Positions 39,490 to 52,149 of a DNA stretch of 64,000 nt are shown here, in pieces. A program made the position numbers and the translations under genes. Under the pieces are notes generated by a model. It searched no databases, had not been told where the DNA came from, and worked only from the letters and a program-made list of their open reading frames with translations. Source of the DNA: Octopus sinensis (lineage: Eukaryota). The stretch is taken from positions 93,186,001-93,250,000 of the forward strand of contig NC_042997.1 of NCBI RefSeq assembly GCF_006345805.1, written 5' to 3'. How positions within the stretch are numbered: the first letter of the stretch is position 1; each line of letters opens with the position of its first letter.

Positions 39490-39799
39490 TACTGGAATAA
39501 ATTCATAAATTTATAAACATATAAGAATTTATAAATATATAAACACATAAATATAAATACATAGATGTACTTGCGAGGTCCGAATGTCCATATTAAAATC
39601 AATGAGGAGAGTAGGTAAGAAAGTTAGTATGAGTCATGAGGAATCCTTAATAAGTACAAAATCTTACGGCCATTTCGAGAAGATATGGGTTGATATGGAC
39701 GAGCTAACTCGCTGGGGTTAGCTCAAGTTATACATTAAATAACCATAGTCATGTAAGTGACTGGTGAAAGAAAATATAGGTTAATATCAAAAGTGGTCA

Positions 39800-40425
39800 A
39801 GCGACTGGCTAGTGGAATCGTTACGCACCGGGCAAAATGCTTAGCAGCATTTCGTCCCTCTTTACGTTCAGAGTTCAAATTCCGCTGGTGTCAGCTTTGC
39901 TTTTCATTCTTTCGAGGTGTATGAAATAAGCATCAGTTGAACACTGGGGTGGATGAATTCGACTTATTCCCTGCCCCGTAATTGCTGGCCTTTGGCCAAA
40001 ATTTAGAATCAATATTAAAAGCGGGAAAGATGCTTCGCGGCATTTCGTCCGTCCTTACGTCGGAGTTCAAATACCGCCGAAGTCGATTCTGCCCCTTCGC
40101 CATCCTTTCAGGGTCGATAAACTAAGTACCAGCTGAATACTGAGGTTGATGTAATCGACTTTTCCCTCGCCCGAAATTGCTGGCTTAGTACCAAAATTTG
40201 AAATCAATACTGTTTTCTACTCTAAGCAAAAGACTCGAAATTTTGGGGGAGGGGGCCAGTCGATTAGACCGACCCCAGTACGCAACTGGTACTTAATTTA
40301 TTGACCCCGAAAAGAAGAAAAGCAAAGTCGACCGCGATGGAATTTAAACTCAAAACGTAAAGATAGACGAAATACCGCTAAACGTTTCACCCGGCGTGCT
40401 AACGTTTTTGCCAGCTCGCCGCCTT
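39800..40425. mobile_element. three SINE family A copies (two +, last one -)
   Basis: About 39800-40020 (+), 40025-40210 (+) and 40205-40425 (-). Confidence 0.88.
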
Positions 40426-40484
40426 AGAATTAGAAATAATATTAAAAGAAGTAAATATGAGAGCGGATATGTAAGTGCTACAGG

Positions 40485-40650
40485 TAGGGTCAGCGCAAGG
40501 TACCGGTAACTCGGGCAGTCGTCCGGGTCGCCATGTGCAAGGGGGCACTAAGCAGGGTGTGGCAAAGAAAAGAAATTTTCTACGACCCTCAGCTTGTACA
40601 CGCCGAAGTTCAGCTTGTCCGGGGCGCCAGCAGCCCTGGGGCTGGCCCTA
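40485..40650. mobile_element. GC-rich MITE-like element
   Basis: tagggtcagcgcaagg at the left is inverted to ccctggggctggcccta at the right; internal ccggg(t/g)cgcc repeat; no convincing TSD. Confidence 0.5.
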
Positions 40651-41029
40651 GTAACATTATAATGTTAGTGATATAAGAAAGGTACAGAGTTAATTTTCTC
40701 CTTAACTCAGCAGTGTCTGGGTTCGTGACGTTAAAAGAATTGCCTACATTATGTTTTGTATTATGGTTCAAGTTAAACAAGTGCAGAGGAAAATTTGGGT
40801 TGGTTGAAAGAAATAGAAAATAGATATTTATATCAATTGTAAATGAAAAAATATATGACTAATCAAAAAATATGACAATAAAGAATATATCTTGTAGGTG
40901 TTGGGTTTAAGAGGGCATTCTGACATGGTTATTCTTTTGTGTACAGACTGTGTGAATTAAGGTAGAGAGTGTCAGGTTAGGTTGTTTTTTAATAGCTAAA
41001 GTAAAACATATTGACATTCACACAATGAT

Positions 41030-41166
41030 ATATGTATGTGCGTCTGAGTATACGTACGTATGTATGTATGTATGTATCTATGTATACATATACGTAAATG
41101 TGTGTATATATATACTGCATGTGTACATGCACGTATATATATATATATGTATGTACATGTATATAT

Positions 41167-41210
<44 letters not shown>

Positions 41211-41390
41211 CATACATATATATATATATGTATGCATATATATGTATATATGCATGTATATATATATATGTATGCATATATGTATATATGTAGGTATAAA
41301 TATATATATATATATATATACGTATACATATATATGTATATATATGTATGTATGTATATATATATATGTATATATGTATATATGTATGTA
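41030..41390. repeat. compound (TA)/(TATG) microsatellite
   Basis: Direct. Confidence 0.95.
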
Positions 41391-43939
41391 TTCCCCCAAT
41401 GTGGAATGGCCCCCCCAATGTGGAATGGCCTGGGGGGCAGATGCTCCCAGGGATGACACACCATCAGCAGGCACAGGTGGAGTCCCTGCTCCATCTTACA
41501 AATACCTCTTTCATGGAGCAAATAGTTCTGCAACCAACAAGGGCAGATAATATACTGGATCTCTGCTTTACAAACAATATGGATATTATCCATAATGTTA
41601 ATGTGATGCCGACAATGATCTCGGATCACAACATAATAGAGCTGTCTATGTATGGAACAAAAGCCCCCGCAGACACACAGCCTATACGAAGCACCCACCA
41701 TCTCTCCAACTTAAACTTTCATAAAGCCAACTGGAAGTCGATTGAGAAAGAGATCCTCAAACAGGATTGGCCTGAATGTCTCTCCACACCGGACATAAAC
41801 ATGAAACACAAACACTTCATGTCCATAATACAAGCCATATGTGACAAATATGTCCCAATGTGCAGGGCCAGCACACACAAGAACAAAAACAGGATCCCTA
41901 GAGAAAGGAGGATTCTTATGAGACGACGGACAAGGATTGCAAACCGCCTGAGCAAGCACACCAAAAGTGGTGAGAAATCTCGGCTCGAAAGAATGCTAAT
42001 GGAAACTGAGAAAAGTCTACATCAGTCCCATGAAAAGGAGAGAGCAGATAAAGAAGCTTGGGTAATAGAAAATATAAAATCAAACCCTAAAGCTTTCTTT
42101 AAGTTTGCCAAAGAGACAGCCACAGTGCACCAGAGAATAGGACCTCTCTTCCAAAAAGATGGCTCTCTCACAGGAAATCCCACGAGGATAAGTGAAATAC
42201 TGAATGAACAGTTCCAAAGTGTGTTCACTACACCTCTAGGACACAGGCAAGTAAACAACCCAGAAGAATTCTTTGCCACTTTACCAGCGACCAAAGAGAC
42301 AAAAATTGAGTACATCAACATCGAAGAAGATGATATCACACTAGCCATTGATGAGATTGACACAAACTCAGCTGCTGGACCTGATGGATTCCCAGCGATC
42401 CTTCTCAAATCGTGCAAACGAGCCCTTGCAAAACCGCTACAGCTTCTTTTTCAGAGCTTTCTTGCAAGTGGTAAGCTCCCAGTCAAACTGAAAGAGGGGG
42501 TAATATGCCCTATCCATAAGGGAGGTAGCAGAGCAGATGCTAAAAATTATAGGCCTATCTCTCTGACCTCACACATCAGCAAAGTCATGGAACGAATAGT
42601 CCGTAAGAAACTAATCATGTTCCTTGAAGAAAATGACTTACTGTCTGACACCCAGCATGGATTTCGACCAGGTAGAGGCTGCCTAACACAGCTCCTGCAA
42701 CACTATGACTGGGTGTTGAAACAGCTACTAAATGGCTCAAATGTGGATGTAATATATCTTGACTTTGCAAAAGCCTTTGATAAAGTCGACCATGGTATGA
42801 TCTGTCACAAACTGCGTGGTCTCGGCATAGGCGGGAAACTTGGAGAGTGGCTGCACAACTTCCTAAAAGACAGAAAACAGGCAGTTGTGAGCAATGGAGC
42901 CACCTCCAGGGAAACGCAAATAACAAGCGGTGTCCCACAGGGCACTGTCTTGGGGCCACTGATGTTCATAGTGGCCCTTTCAGACATGCCTTCAGTTGCT
43001 ACGATGACCACCCTTGCTAGCTATGCAGATGACACAAAAGTCTCCCACGCAATACAAAACCCTGAAAATATTGCGCATCTGCAACATGAGCTGGACACAA
43101 TATACAGGTGGGCTGAGGACAACAACATGCAGTTTAATGCAGGTAAGTTCCAGGCCCTGCGCTACTGGCACACAAAGGTAAATGACGTGAAGACTGGATA
43201 CACTGGCCCAGGAAGAATTGCAATCCCTGAGTCAAAATCAGTGCGTGACCTGGGCATTGACATGAGCAATGATGCATCTTTCCAAATGCATATTGCTAAT
43301 CTGGTGATAAAATGCAGACGGCTAGCTGGATGGATTCTCCGAACTTTCAGAACAAGAGAGAAGGAGACACTGATGGTCCTATGGAAAACATTTGTCCTCA
43401 GCCGCTTGGACTACTGCTCCCAACTTTGGTCACCACACAATATAAAACAAACAGCAGAACTCGAAGCAACTCAGAGAAGCTACACAAAGAAAATCGTCTC
43501 AATGCAAAATGTCAGCTACTGGGAAAGACTGAAGGTATTAAACCTCTTCTCCCTGGAGCGGAGGCGGGAGAGATATGCAGTGATATACATCTGGAAAATC
43601 CTGGAGGGTCTTGTCCCAAACTTTGGCATTCAAAGTTACTCCAACCGCAGAACGGGGCGCCGCTGCGTGGTGCCAAGGATTCCAACATCACCATCAAAAT
43701 ACAGGTCCAGATACTGCAACAGCTTGGGTTTCAGAGGACCACAGCTCTTTAACATCCTCCCTAAATGCCTGAGAGACTTACATGGTGTGGATGTGGGTTT
43801 CTTTAAAACTAAACTGGATCTCTTCTTGTTGGGAGTCCCAGATGAACCTACCTCACGACAGGAGACACGGATGCGGGCAGCAGCATCGAACTCCCTTGTT
43901 GATCAAGTGCCACGTATCAGAGGTGGATTCACAAACTAG
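41348..43939 (+). CDS. LINE ORF2 (partial endonuclease plus complete reverse transcriptase), 863-aa open frame
   Basis: [44 protein letters not shown]. The first ~15 codons are microsatellite. Confidence 0.9.
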   Translation: MYVYIYMYICIYVCIPPMWNGPPNVEWPGGQMLPGMTHHQQAQVESLLHLTNTSFMEQIVLQPTRADNILDLCFTNNMDIIHNVNVMPTMISDHNIIELSMYGTKAPADTQPIRSTHHLSNLNFHKANWKSIEKEILKQDWPECLSTPDINMKHKHFMSIIQAICDKYVPMCRASTHKNKNRIPRERRILMRRRTRIANRLSKHTKSGEKSRLERMLMETEKSLHQSHEKERADKEAWVIENIKSNPKAFFKFAKETATVHQRIGPLFQKDGSLTGNPTRISEILNEQFQSVFTTPLGHRQVNNPEEFFATLPATKETKIEYINIEEDDITLAIDEIDTNSAAGPDGFPAILLKSCKRALAKPLQLLFQSFLASGKLPVKLKEGVICPIHKGGSRADAKNYRPISLTSHISKVMERIVRKKLIMFLEENDLLSDTQHGFRPGRGCLTQLLQHYDWVLKQLLNGSNVDVIYLDFAKAFDKVDHGMICHKLRGLGIGGKLGEWLHNFLKDRKQAVVSNGATSRETQITSGVPQGTVLGPLMFIVALSDMPSVATMTTLASYADDTKVSHAIQNPENIAHLQHELDTIYRWAEDNNMQFNAGKFQALRYWHTKVNDVKTGYTGPGRIAIPESKSVRDLGIDMSNDASFQMHIANLVIKCRRLAGWILRTFRTREKETLMVLWKTFVLSRLDYCSQLWSPHNIKQTAELEATQRSYTKKIVSMQNVSYWERLKVLNLFSLERRRERYAVIYIWKILEGLVPNFGIQSYSNRRTGRRCVVPRIPTSPSKYRSRYCNSLGFRGPQLFNILPKCLRDLHGVDVGFFKTKLDLFLLGVPDEPTSRQETRMRAAASNSLVDQVPRIRGGFTN

Positions 43940-44016
43940 TGTAGCTCATTCAGCGGTGGTGCCCCAGCATGGCCGCGGCCTTCGGGCTAAAACATTTTTA
44001 AGGATTTAAGGATTTA
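41393..44016 (+). mobile_element. CR1/L2-group LINE, 5'-truncated, recent
   Basis: Starts inside the APE endonuclease (PNVEW...PTR..NILDL). Uninterrupted ORF, 3' UTR and (aggattta)n tail. Microsatellite on both sides. Confidence 0.95.
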
Positions 44017-44127
44017 TATATATATGTATATATGCATGTATGTATACATATATAGGTATATATTTGTATGTATATATATATATGTATATATATGTATGTA
44101 TGTATGTATGTATGCATGTATGTATGC

Positions 44128-44173
<46 letters not shown>

Positions 44174-44189
44174 TGTACATATATACACA

Positions 44190-44720
44190 TAAGAGGCATC
44201 CCAATTCCACTGGTAATATTTCTGATTACCCTTTGATATTATTAATTATTGATAATTTTTTTCTGGATAATTTTCGAATTGAAAAGACGGCATTTCTATT
44301 TACTGCCGACAAGGAGCTGCGCTTGCGTGGTAGATTTGAAAAATTAGAATGCATAAGCACGGGCATATAGTGGATTGCCTCGTGTATATATATTTAATCT
44401 AAGGTGTACCTGCTGAAGAAGACTTCGCCTAGCAAATTATTTCATTTGCTAAAATAAGTCTGAAACCATTGGTCCAGGAATTACATGGTTAAATGTTTTT
44501 ATTTTTCATTCCCTTCGAAATTTTATCTCTAATAGTGGTTTGGAATTTAACTGTTCTCTCTAGCGTGCAAGGAGTCCTTATGATGGATGCCTCTTATGTA
44601 TTTAAATGTACACTGTATTTATATGAGTAATATATAGTCTATTGACTAAACTTTTACACGCTAGGCCACTGGTAATGGAAATTTCTAGTATTTCTGATTA
44701 CCCTTTGATATCATTTATTA
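44190..44720 (+). mobile_element. hammerhead-bearing, terminally redundant small element (retrozyme or Penelope pLTR-like)
   Basis: ccactggtaat at 44207 and 44666; tatttctgattaccctttgatat at 44217-39 and 44689-711; microsatellite flanks. Confidence 0.7.
44405..44485 (+). ncRNA. type I hammerhead ribozyme
   Basis: cctg-CTGAAGA-agact[tcgcc tagcaaat tatttc atttgcta aaata]agtct-GAAA-cc att gg-TC-cagg. GUC triplet with predicted cleavage after 44474. Confidence 0.88.
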
Positions 44721-44876
44721 TGTATGTATGTATGTATGTATATATATATATATCTCTCTAATAATTTATGTATAATTTGTATTATCTCCCTAGTTTTTTG
44801 TGCTAAGCCACTTGGTGTTAAATTAATGGTATTATTAAATTAATATCAATTTTTCACCCTCATTTATAAATATATA

Positions 44877-44953
<77 letters not shown>

Positions 44954-45334
44954 AATTATAGAAGAACCAGCATGTAGCAATTCGACAACGATATACTTAA
45001 ATCATACCATATAGAAAAAAAATAAAGATACGATAAAACATTTACTTAGAACTAAATAAAGTACGAAATAATAAATAAATAGTATATAATTAGTAACTAG
45101 AATTACTACATGGTGGTTCTTCTCTAATTTATATACATATATTACATATTGTGAAATTTGATTTAGTATTATTAAATTGAATTTTTCCCTGTAAGTTTGG
45201 AATCATATTCCCTAATATTATTATTATGTATGTATATGTATGTATATATGTAAATGTATGTGTATATGTATATATATGTGTCTATATATATGTATATATA
45301 AGTATATATCTTTCTATATATAATAATGATAATG

Positions 45335-45590
45335 TGTGTGTGTCCGTTTGAATCCCTAAAACTTGAGAACTACACAACCAATTTAATTCAAATTTTACAC
45401 CTGCCTTACTTAGGGTCCGTGTAGTGTCATAGGCCAAAAGATTTTAAAACTTGTTGCCTAGTGCGATCCCAGAACAATATCATATCTCCTCCACTATTCC
45501 AGTATTACGTGTCAAAAATGAAACAATAACATCTCTCTATTGTAATGTAGGATATTTTCACTTTAATACTGAAACTATTAAAGTGAAACT
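45335..45590. mobile_element. possible non-autonomous Helitron-like fragment
   Basis: tgtgtgtccgtttg...aactacacaaccaatttaattcaaattttacac resembles Helitron-like 5' modules. Confidence 0.3.
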
Positions 45591-45599
45591 ATTATCTCA

Positions 45600-45692
45600 C
45601 ATATATACAGGCTTACATACATATATACAGGCATCCATATATACAATATATATATATATATATACACATCTGCACAAATGTTTATATATAGA

Positions 45693-45790
<98 letters not shown>

Positions 45791-45793
45791 TAT

Positions 45794-45835
<42 letters not shown>

Positions 45836-45974
45836 TGTATATATATACATGTATATGTATACATGCATATGTATAGCTGTATATGTATAGATGTATATAT
45901 ATAGATATACATGTAACATGTACACATATATACATGCATACATATATGCACCCATACACATACACACGCATACA

Positions 45975-46030
<56 letters not shown>
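45600..46030. repeat. compound (TA)/(GA)/(CA) microsatellite
   Basis: Direct. Confidence 0.95.
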
Positions 46031-46036
<6 letters not shown>

Positions 46037-46129
46037 ATTGAAGAAATGGAGTTGAGCGAAGATTGAACAGAAATCGTTTTAAACGATTTCTGTTCAATCT
46101 TCGCTCAACTCCATTTCTTCAATTCACTA
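46031..46129. repeat. perfect 49-bp inverted repeat with 1-nt spacer
   Basis: 46031-46079 is the exact reverse complement of 46081-46129. Confidence 0.97.
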
Positions 46130-46284
46130 ATAATATTAAAATTCAATTATCCGCACCAACGCACGGTTGCAACACCATATGGTTGTACCTCCAACCGTGC
46201 TGTCTTCTGCTGTGATTTTTGCTACCAAGGTATCGGTTAAACTTTTGATTAATCTGCCACAAGATTATTCATCTTTCTATTTCA

Positions 46285-46329
<45 letters not shown>

Positions 46330-46650
46330 GGTGCAGGTGTGGCTGTGTGGTAAGAAACTTGGTTCCAAAACACATGGTCCTGGGTCCAATCTGACTGTGT
46401 GGTAACTTGGCATGCGTCTTCTGCTATAGCCTCAGACCAACCAAAGCCTTGTCAGTGGATTTCGTAGACAGAAACTGAAAGAAATCAATCGTATATATAT
46501 GTATGAATATATATGTAAGAGTATGTGTGTCTTTGTCACAGTGTTTCTCCCTCATCACTGCTTCACGACTGCTGTTCGTTTATTTACATCCCCATAACTT
46601 ACTGATTTAACAAGAAGAAACTGATAGAATAAGTACCAGGCTTATCAAAA
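46330..46650 (+). mobile_element. SINE family B
   Basis: Consensus match. Confidence 0.85.
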
Positions 46651-46728
46651 AAAAAGCACTAGGCAGTGTCTCATATTTTTCTTTGCCCACCACTCAGTTG
46701 TATCTATCAATCTATCTTTTAGTGTGTG

Positions 46729-46775
<47 letters not shown>

Positions 46776-46820
46776 CACACACACACATATATATACATGT
46801 ATGTATATGTGCAAATTCAT

Positions 46821-47450
46821 ATCTATTATATAAAAGTCAATGTCTTTATGTGTGTTCGTATGTTCCTTATACATTCGAAAACTACTGCACTGATCCTAAT
46901 GATATTTGGAACACAAAATCCGAGCCTAGGAAGAAGGGTAATGCTGTGTATTTCATACAATTTCATGGACCTAAATTACTGAATGGATCCTTATGATATT
47001 TGGAGCTTACATTCAATGCATAAGAACGGGTATAATGCAATATGCTTGGTTTGAACTTGAGATGGCTTAAAGCGAGGGCAGAACCCCCATGAAAATTCAT
47101 AAATTTTCGATGTTGATAAAATTTCAACCATCAAGAAGTATTCTTAAAGTTTCCACTTCTCGTGAGGATTCTAAGATCTCCTAATGGGGGCCATAACTCC
47201 CAAATTTTAGCAATTTTTTATGATCCAAAACTTGGTCAAAAGTACTGAATTGATTTTTATGAAATTTGGAAATTATATTCTATGCATAAGGGCCATAACC
47301 CCCATGAAAATTCATATATTTTTGCTGTTGATGAAATTTTAACCATAGATATTAGACACAAATGAAGTAATATTTCTAAAATTTCATCTTCTTAGAAGTT
47401 CGAAAGATCCCTTCATGGGGACTTTCCCTATGATAGAACGATAGAGAATG
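46821..47450 (+). mobile_element. Helitron-like non-autonomous element with internal subrepeats
   Basis: atctattatataaaag...aaactactgcactgatcctaatgatatttggaacac start; ccccatgaaaattcat...aaccat repeated at ~47085 and ~47297. Confidence 0.45.
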
Positions 47451-48419
47451 ATAGAAAGGTAGACAGACAGACAGATAGACAAGCACATAGCTAGACAGAC
47501 AGACACATTTTTTTTTGGGGGGGGGCGGTATCCCTGATGAGAGGGTGACATACCCAAACACCTAAGCTAGCATTTCTTTACTGTGGTAAGAAACTTCGTC
47601 ATAGGGCCCTATTGCCTGCAATATTAAAGAAGCAATGTAAACTTTACTTAAGTAATTGAATGAAATGCAGGTACCTGTACATTAGTGTAAATTATACTTG
47701 CTTATTAATACTGTACTGTACAAGGTACGAGTAAGCTAGTCTTGCGACCGCAGGATTTTCGTGTTCCTGATTATAAGAGGTTACGGGCCATCAGTATCCG
47801 GAAAGCTGGTATTAGACCCACAATCACTTCGTGAATTTTGGCGGTTGAAAAAATGCTTCGTAGATTTTGGGATGCTGTTGGATATGAAAAGGATAGCTAA
47901 GCCAATTTATATTCACTCCTGCTCATTGAATTCTTTTCCTGTACATGTTTAGTAAGAGATTCTAACTGAAATCATATTGCAAATAAATATTGCTGTATTT
48001 TTTAAATATATTTCAACACACGAATACAAATGCGAACATACATCCACATAACTGAATAAACACACACACACTCACGCTCACACACACACACGCACACACA
48101 CACACAACACACACGCACGCACACACACACACACACACACACACATCTACAAACAGGTAATAACTAGTACACAACAAAGACAAGTGACGACATTCAACAG
48201 AACTGGATGTGGGTGCAGAGAAACTCTTCAAACATTTGTCACGTTTAAAAATAGCTTACAAACATGCAATTGTAACTGTAATGCCACCCATCAACACAAC
48301 AAGCCAAGCGGAACGAGGTTCATAGGTATGCAAACTTTTAAAGCATCAATATCGCATGAAAAACTTTCCACATAAATGCATAGATGGAATTCATAGAGTA
48401 ATGACAAAATAAAGACGGC

Positions 48420-48620
48420 GAATTAGCAAACTTATTAGAGCTTGAACCAAAATTAGCCGCAGTATTTTTTCTGGCTCTTTACGTTCTGAGTTCAAATCAC
48501 GCCGTGTCTAACTTTGTCTTTCATCCTCCTGGTCCGATACAATTAAGTACAAGTCAAGTATTGGGGTCGATGTAGTCGGCTGTTCCTCTCCTGCAAAATT
48601 TCAGGCTTTGAACTTTAATA
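48420..48620 (+). mobile_element. SINE family A, degenerate
   Basis: acgttctgagttcaaat...ttcatcct...ggggtcgatgtagtcg. Confidence 0.75.
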
Positions 48621-49529
48621 CAAATAAAAATTGTATTACTTTCTGTATCACTTCTGTAGTAATGACAAAAGGAAGATTTGCAATATTTTTTCCTTTCTCT
48701 CTTTTTTTATGTTTTTGAGGAAAATAAAATCTTTTATTTCTTTGAAAACCTAAATAAATTAGTTTTTAGTTGAACCCCTGCTCGAGGACTTCCAGCTTAT
48801 CATAGTAACAGTCGTTATTTAGTCCCAGTTTAGCCCTGGTTGAGACGACCTATGATGAAAGGCATCCCAGATATGACCTCCCAGCCTTTTTAGGATTACA
48901 TTATCTGGTGTGTATTTCATGTTGTAAGATGATTGGTGTAATTTGTGCAAGATTTGGTTACTATTTCTAGAGGATCGAATGACCACATATACACACAATC
49001 CTTGATTAAATAATGTTATACCATGCTATAGGGCCCCCAATACCTTAATGTGGCGGTGCTCATCCCACCCAAGATCTGACTATAGTCGATTTTTTCCAAA
49101 AGTTGAGACAATGAAAGACAAGCAAAGAAAGAAAGAGTTAGAGAAGAATTGGGACCAATACTGGTCTGATACTCTATTTATTGGCCCCGAATGAATGAAA
49201 GGTAAATTTAACCACGCTGGGATTTGAACACAGAGCGCAAAGATCCAGAATGATTGACTAAAAGTAATCTTGCCAACGCTCTTATAACTCTGCCAGTTGG
49301 ATGTGTTCACGTGTAAAGCAATGCTACTTGAAATTAAAAGGATATCAAACCGTGCGAAGTGTATTTTACGTAACGGAAAAGTTTCGTAGTCGGGAAGGAT
49401 GTTCACATTCACAAAGACAGTTCAGCATTGGAACGATGGTATTCACATTGTAAATGATGCGCTTCACAATTAGTAAAAAGGATGTTCATTGTTAGGAAAG
49501 ACAATATTCTCCGCAAAGATCAGATTCAC

Positions 49530-49672
49530 AATCAGAAAAGGGGAAGTTTGTAGTCAATAAAATGGAAGTTTACGGTAGGAAAAGAGGAAATCTACAGTCG
49601 GAAAAGAGGAAGGTCACAAATGAAATAGAGGAAGTTCACAGTCGGAAAAGATAAGGTTCACAATACAAAAAG
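49530..49672 (+). repeat. degenerate 22-bp minisatellite
   Basis: About six units resembling gaaaagaggaagttcacagtcg. Confidence 0.7.
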
Positions 49673-50515
49673 TTATTGCACTGGAACAAAATACATTTAA
49701 AAGCTGTATACAGTTGAGAACAAAATGCAGTAAAATATTCAGTAGTCCCACAATTAAAAACCCACCCTCTGAATGTCGTGAGCGACGTTGAGAAGTATCG
49801 TAAAATTGTCGTATATAAAATACTAAGTTATAGTAGGTTTTATTTAGAAGAAACTGGTGGAGTAAATACGAAATCTATCTACCGGGCTATAGTGTTTTAA
49901 TTCATGTCTGAGTCTCAGTTCAAGAATATTAAAAGTTCCCTTCTAGAAAAAAGTTATCTCTAATCGGCTGACAAGTTAATGCCACTCGATATTTTCTACA
50001 AAACAGATACTACAATAATGTCCTAGCAACAGATAAGACAACTTGGATTTTGGAAATACTTTTTGACTATTATTTATCAAGTTCAACTTTGCCCTTTATC
50101 CTTCCGATGCCGATAAAGTAAAGTACTGGCGAAATGCCGGGTGGATGTAAACGATTAACCCCACTCACGTGAAATTTCAGACATTGTGCTTAAACTAGAA
50201 AAAAATATTATTACTAACTGGCCCCGTGCCGTCAACAATGACGGTTAATTGTAGTATTTTATATATAAATAAGGAAAAAAGATAAAATATGAATGGTAAA
50301 TCAAATTAATACACTTGTCAATGTTATCTAGTGGTGTATTTTGAGAAGTGACATTGATCATCGTTTGTTACTGAAAGAACGCTTGTTCACACATACGAAC
50401 ATTCACATACTTCCCTTGTACACGCACACACATGCATATACTCACACAGAGCTGAAACGCTGTTTGATTTTTCTTTTCGGTGTTGAATGTTCACCATCCC
50501 ACTTCCATTGCACAC

Positions 50516-50562
<47 letters not shown>

Positions 50563-50720
50563 CCCTTTTACATACACACATGTAGTCACACAGAGTTGAA
50601 ACGTTCCCATGCCAATTTGCCATCACCCCTTCCTTCTTTATTTATCTATCTATTTATCTTTCCTTTCTCATTCATATATTGTGACAGAGAAAAACACAAG
50701 AGTATTATTATAGTAGGTTA

Positions 50721-50775
<55 letters not shown>

Positions 50776-50799
50776 GTTATTATTATTATTATAATTATT

Positions 50800-50970
50800 A
50801 AGGTGGCAAACTAGCAGAATCGTTAGCACGCCAGACAAAATGCTTAGCGGCATTTCGTGTGTCTTTACGTTGTGAGTTCATATTCAGTGCTCTAACGGTA
50901 CTTTTTTCATCGATCCTGAAAAGATGAAAGACAAAATCGACCTCGGCGGGATTTGAACTCAGAATATGAA
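50800..50970 (+). mobile_element. SINE family A after (ATT)n
   Basis: aaggtggcaaactagcagaatcgttagcacgcc, with internally inverted or rearranged remainder. Confidence 0.75.
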
Positions 50971-51908
50971 AATGAGCAAAATGTATGTATGTCGGTGGGG
51001 TTGGGGAGTTATGGGTGTGCACGAATACGCGTATGCTACATTAGTAGTTTCAAATACAAAACATATACCCTACCAATCTGTCTCTAAAACATACAAGATA
51101 ATGAAGTTAGAATAATACAGGATAATCACGGGTGGAACGCTAGGCAAACTGATCTATATGCAGATCAATTGTGGGTTATGGGAGGAGTATTTTGTGAGCC
51201 AAAATAATTCAGCACTACGGTGTAGATTATATAATATACGTTACATAAATATGTATTATATAAACGGAATCGGAAATACGAGCAAGACACGACTAGACTA
51301 GCAACATAAATATACATACCGCTTTCACACACCATGCTTCACTAAGCGCTCCACAAGGCGACGTGCTTCAGCTACAACATCTCAACACAATCCAAAGTGA
51401 CATTATTAGGGAAATATTTCAATGCACACCACACAACACATTTTCGTATAAAAATTAATCAGTTCATACAGGCAAGATGAGACATATACACATATACACA
51501 TACCTTTACAGCATATACAGATATCTTTACAAATCCATCTACAATTACAAATAAAACTTTCTCTTCTGCATACTTATCGACTACCTACCTACCAATATCA
51601 CAATACATTCACGTATTAAACACATAAGTATGAGTTGATGAAGGCTCCCCTAAGTGATTGCTATATCTGCTAAGAATAGTAGTCAAATCTCTTCCAAATG
51701 AGCGTCTTAAAAATGCATGACACATTAGTACGGCAGGCAAAAATTTCCAAAGAAAAAGGTCTGTGGGTGGATTAGAAATCCTAACTCTTATATCTGTGTA
51801 AATCTTGTATATATCTATGTATAATTCGAGATACATTAATAAAGATAAGTTAAAGACATTAAATTAACACGTAACATCTTCATTAACGCCACCACTGAAT
51901 TTAAAACG

Positions 51909-52149
51909 TTAATATTTATTTCTTTATTGCCCACAGGGGGCTAAACACAGAGGGGACAAATAAGGACAGGCAAAGAGATTAAGTTGATTACATCGACCTT
52001 TGTGTGTAACTGGTACTTATTTAATAAACCCCGAAAGAAAAAAAAGGCAAAGTCGACCTCGGCGGAATTTGAACTCAGAACGTAACGGCAGATGAAATAC
52101 GGCTACGCATTTTGCCCGGCGTGCTAACGTTTCTGCCAGCTCGCCGCCC
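51909..52149 (-). mobile_element. SINE family A, full-length
   Basis: Reverse complement of the consensus. Confidence 0.92.

Noticed and set aside
47534-47562. CTGATGA-ga-gggt..accc-aaac
   Set aside because: Lacks the G of GAAA, and stems I and III cannot be formed
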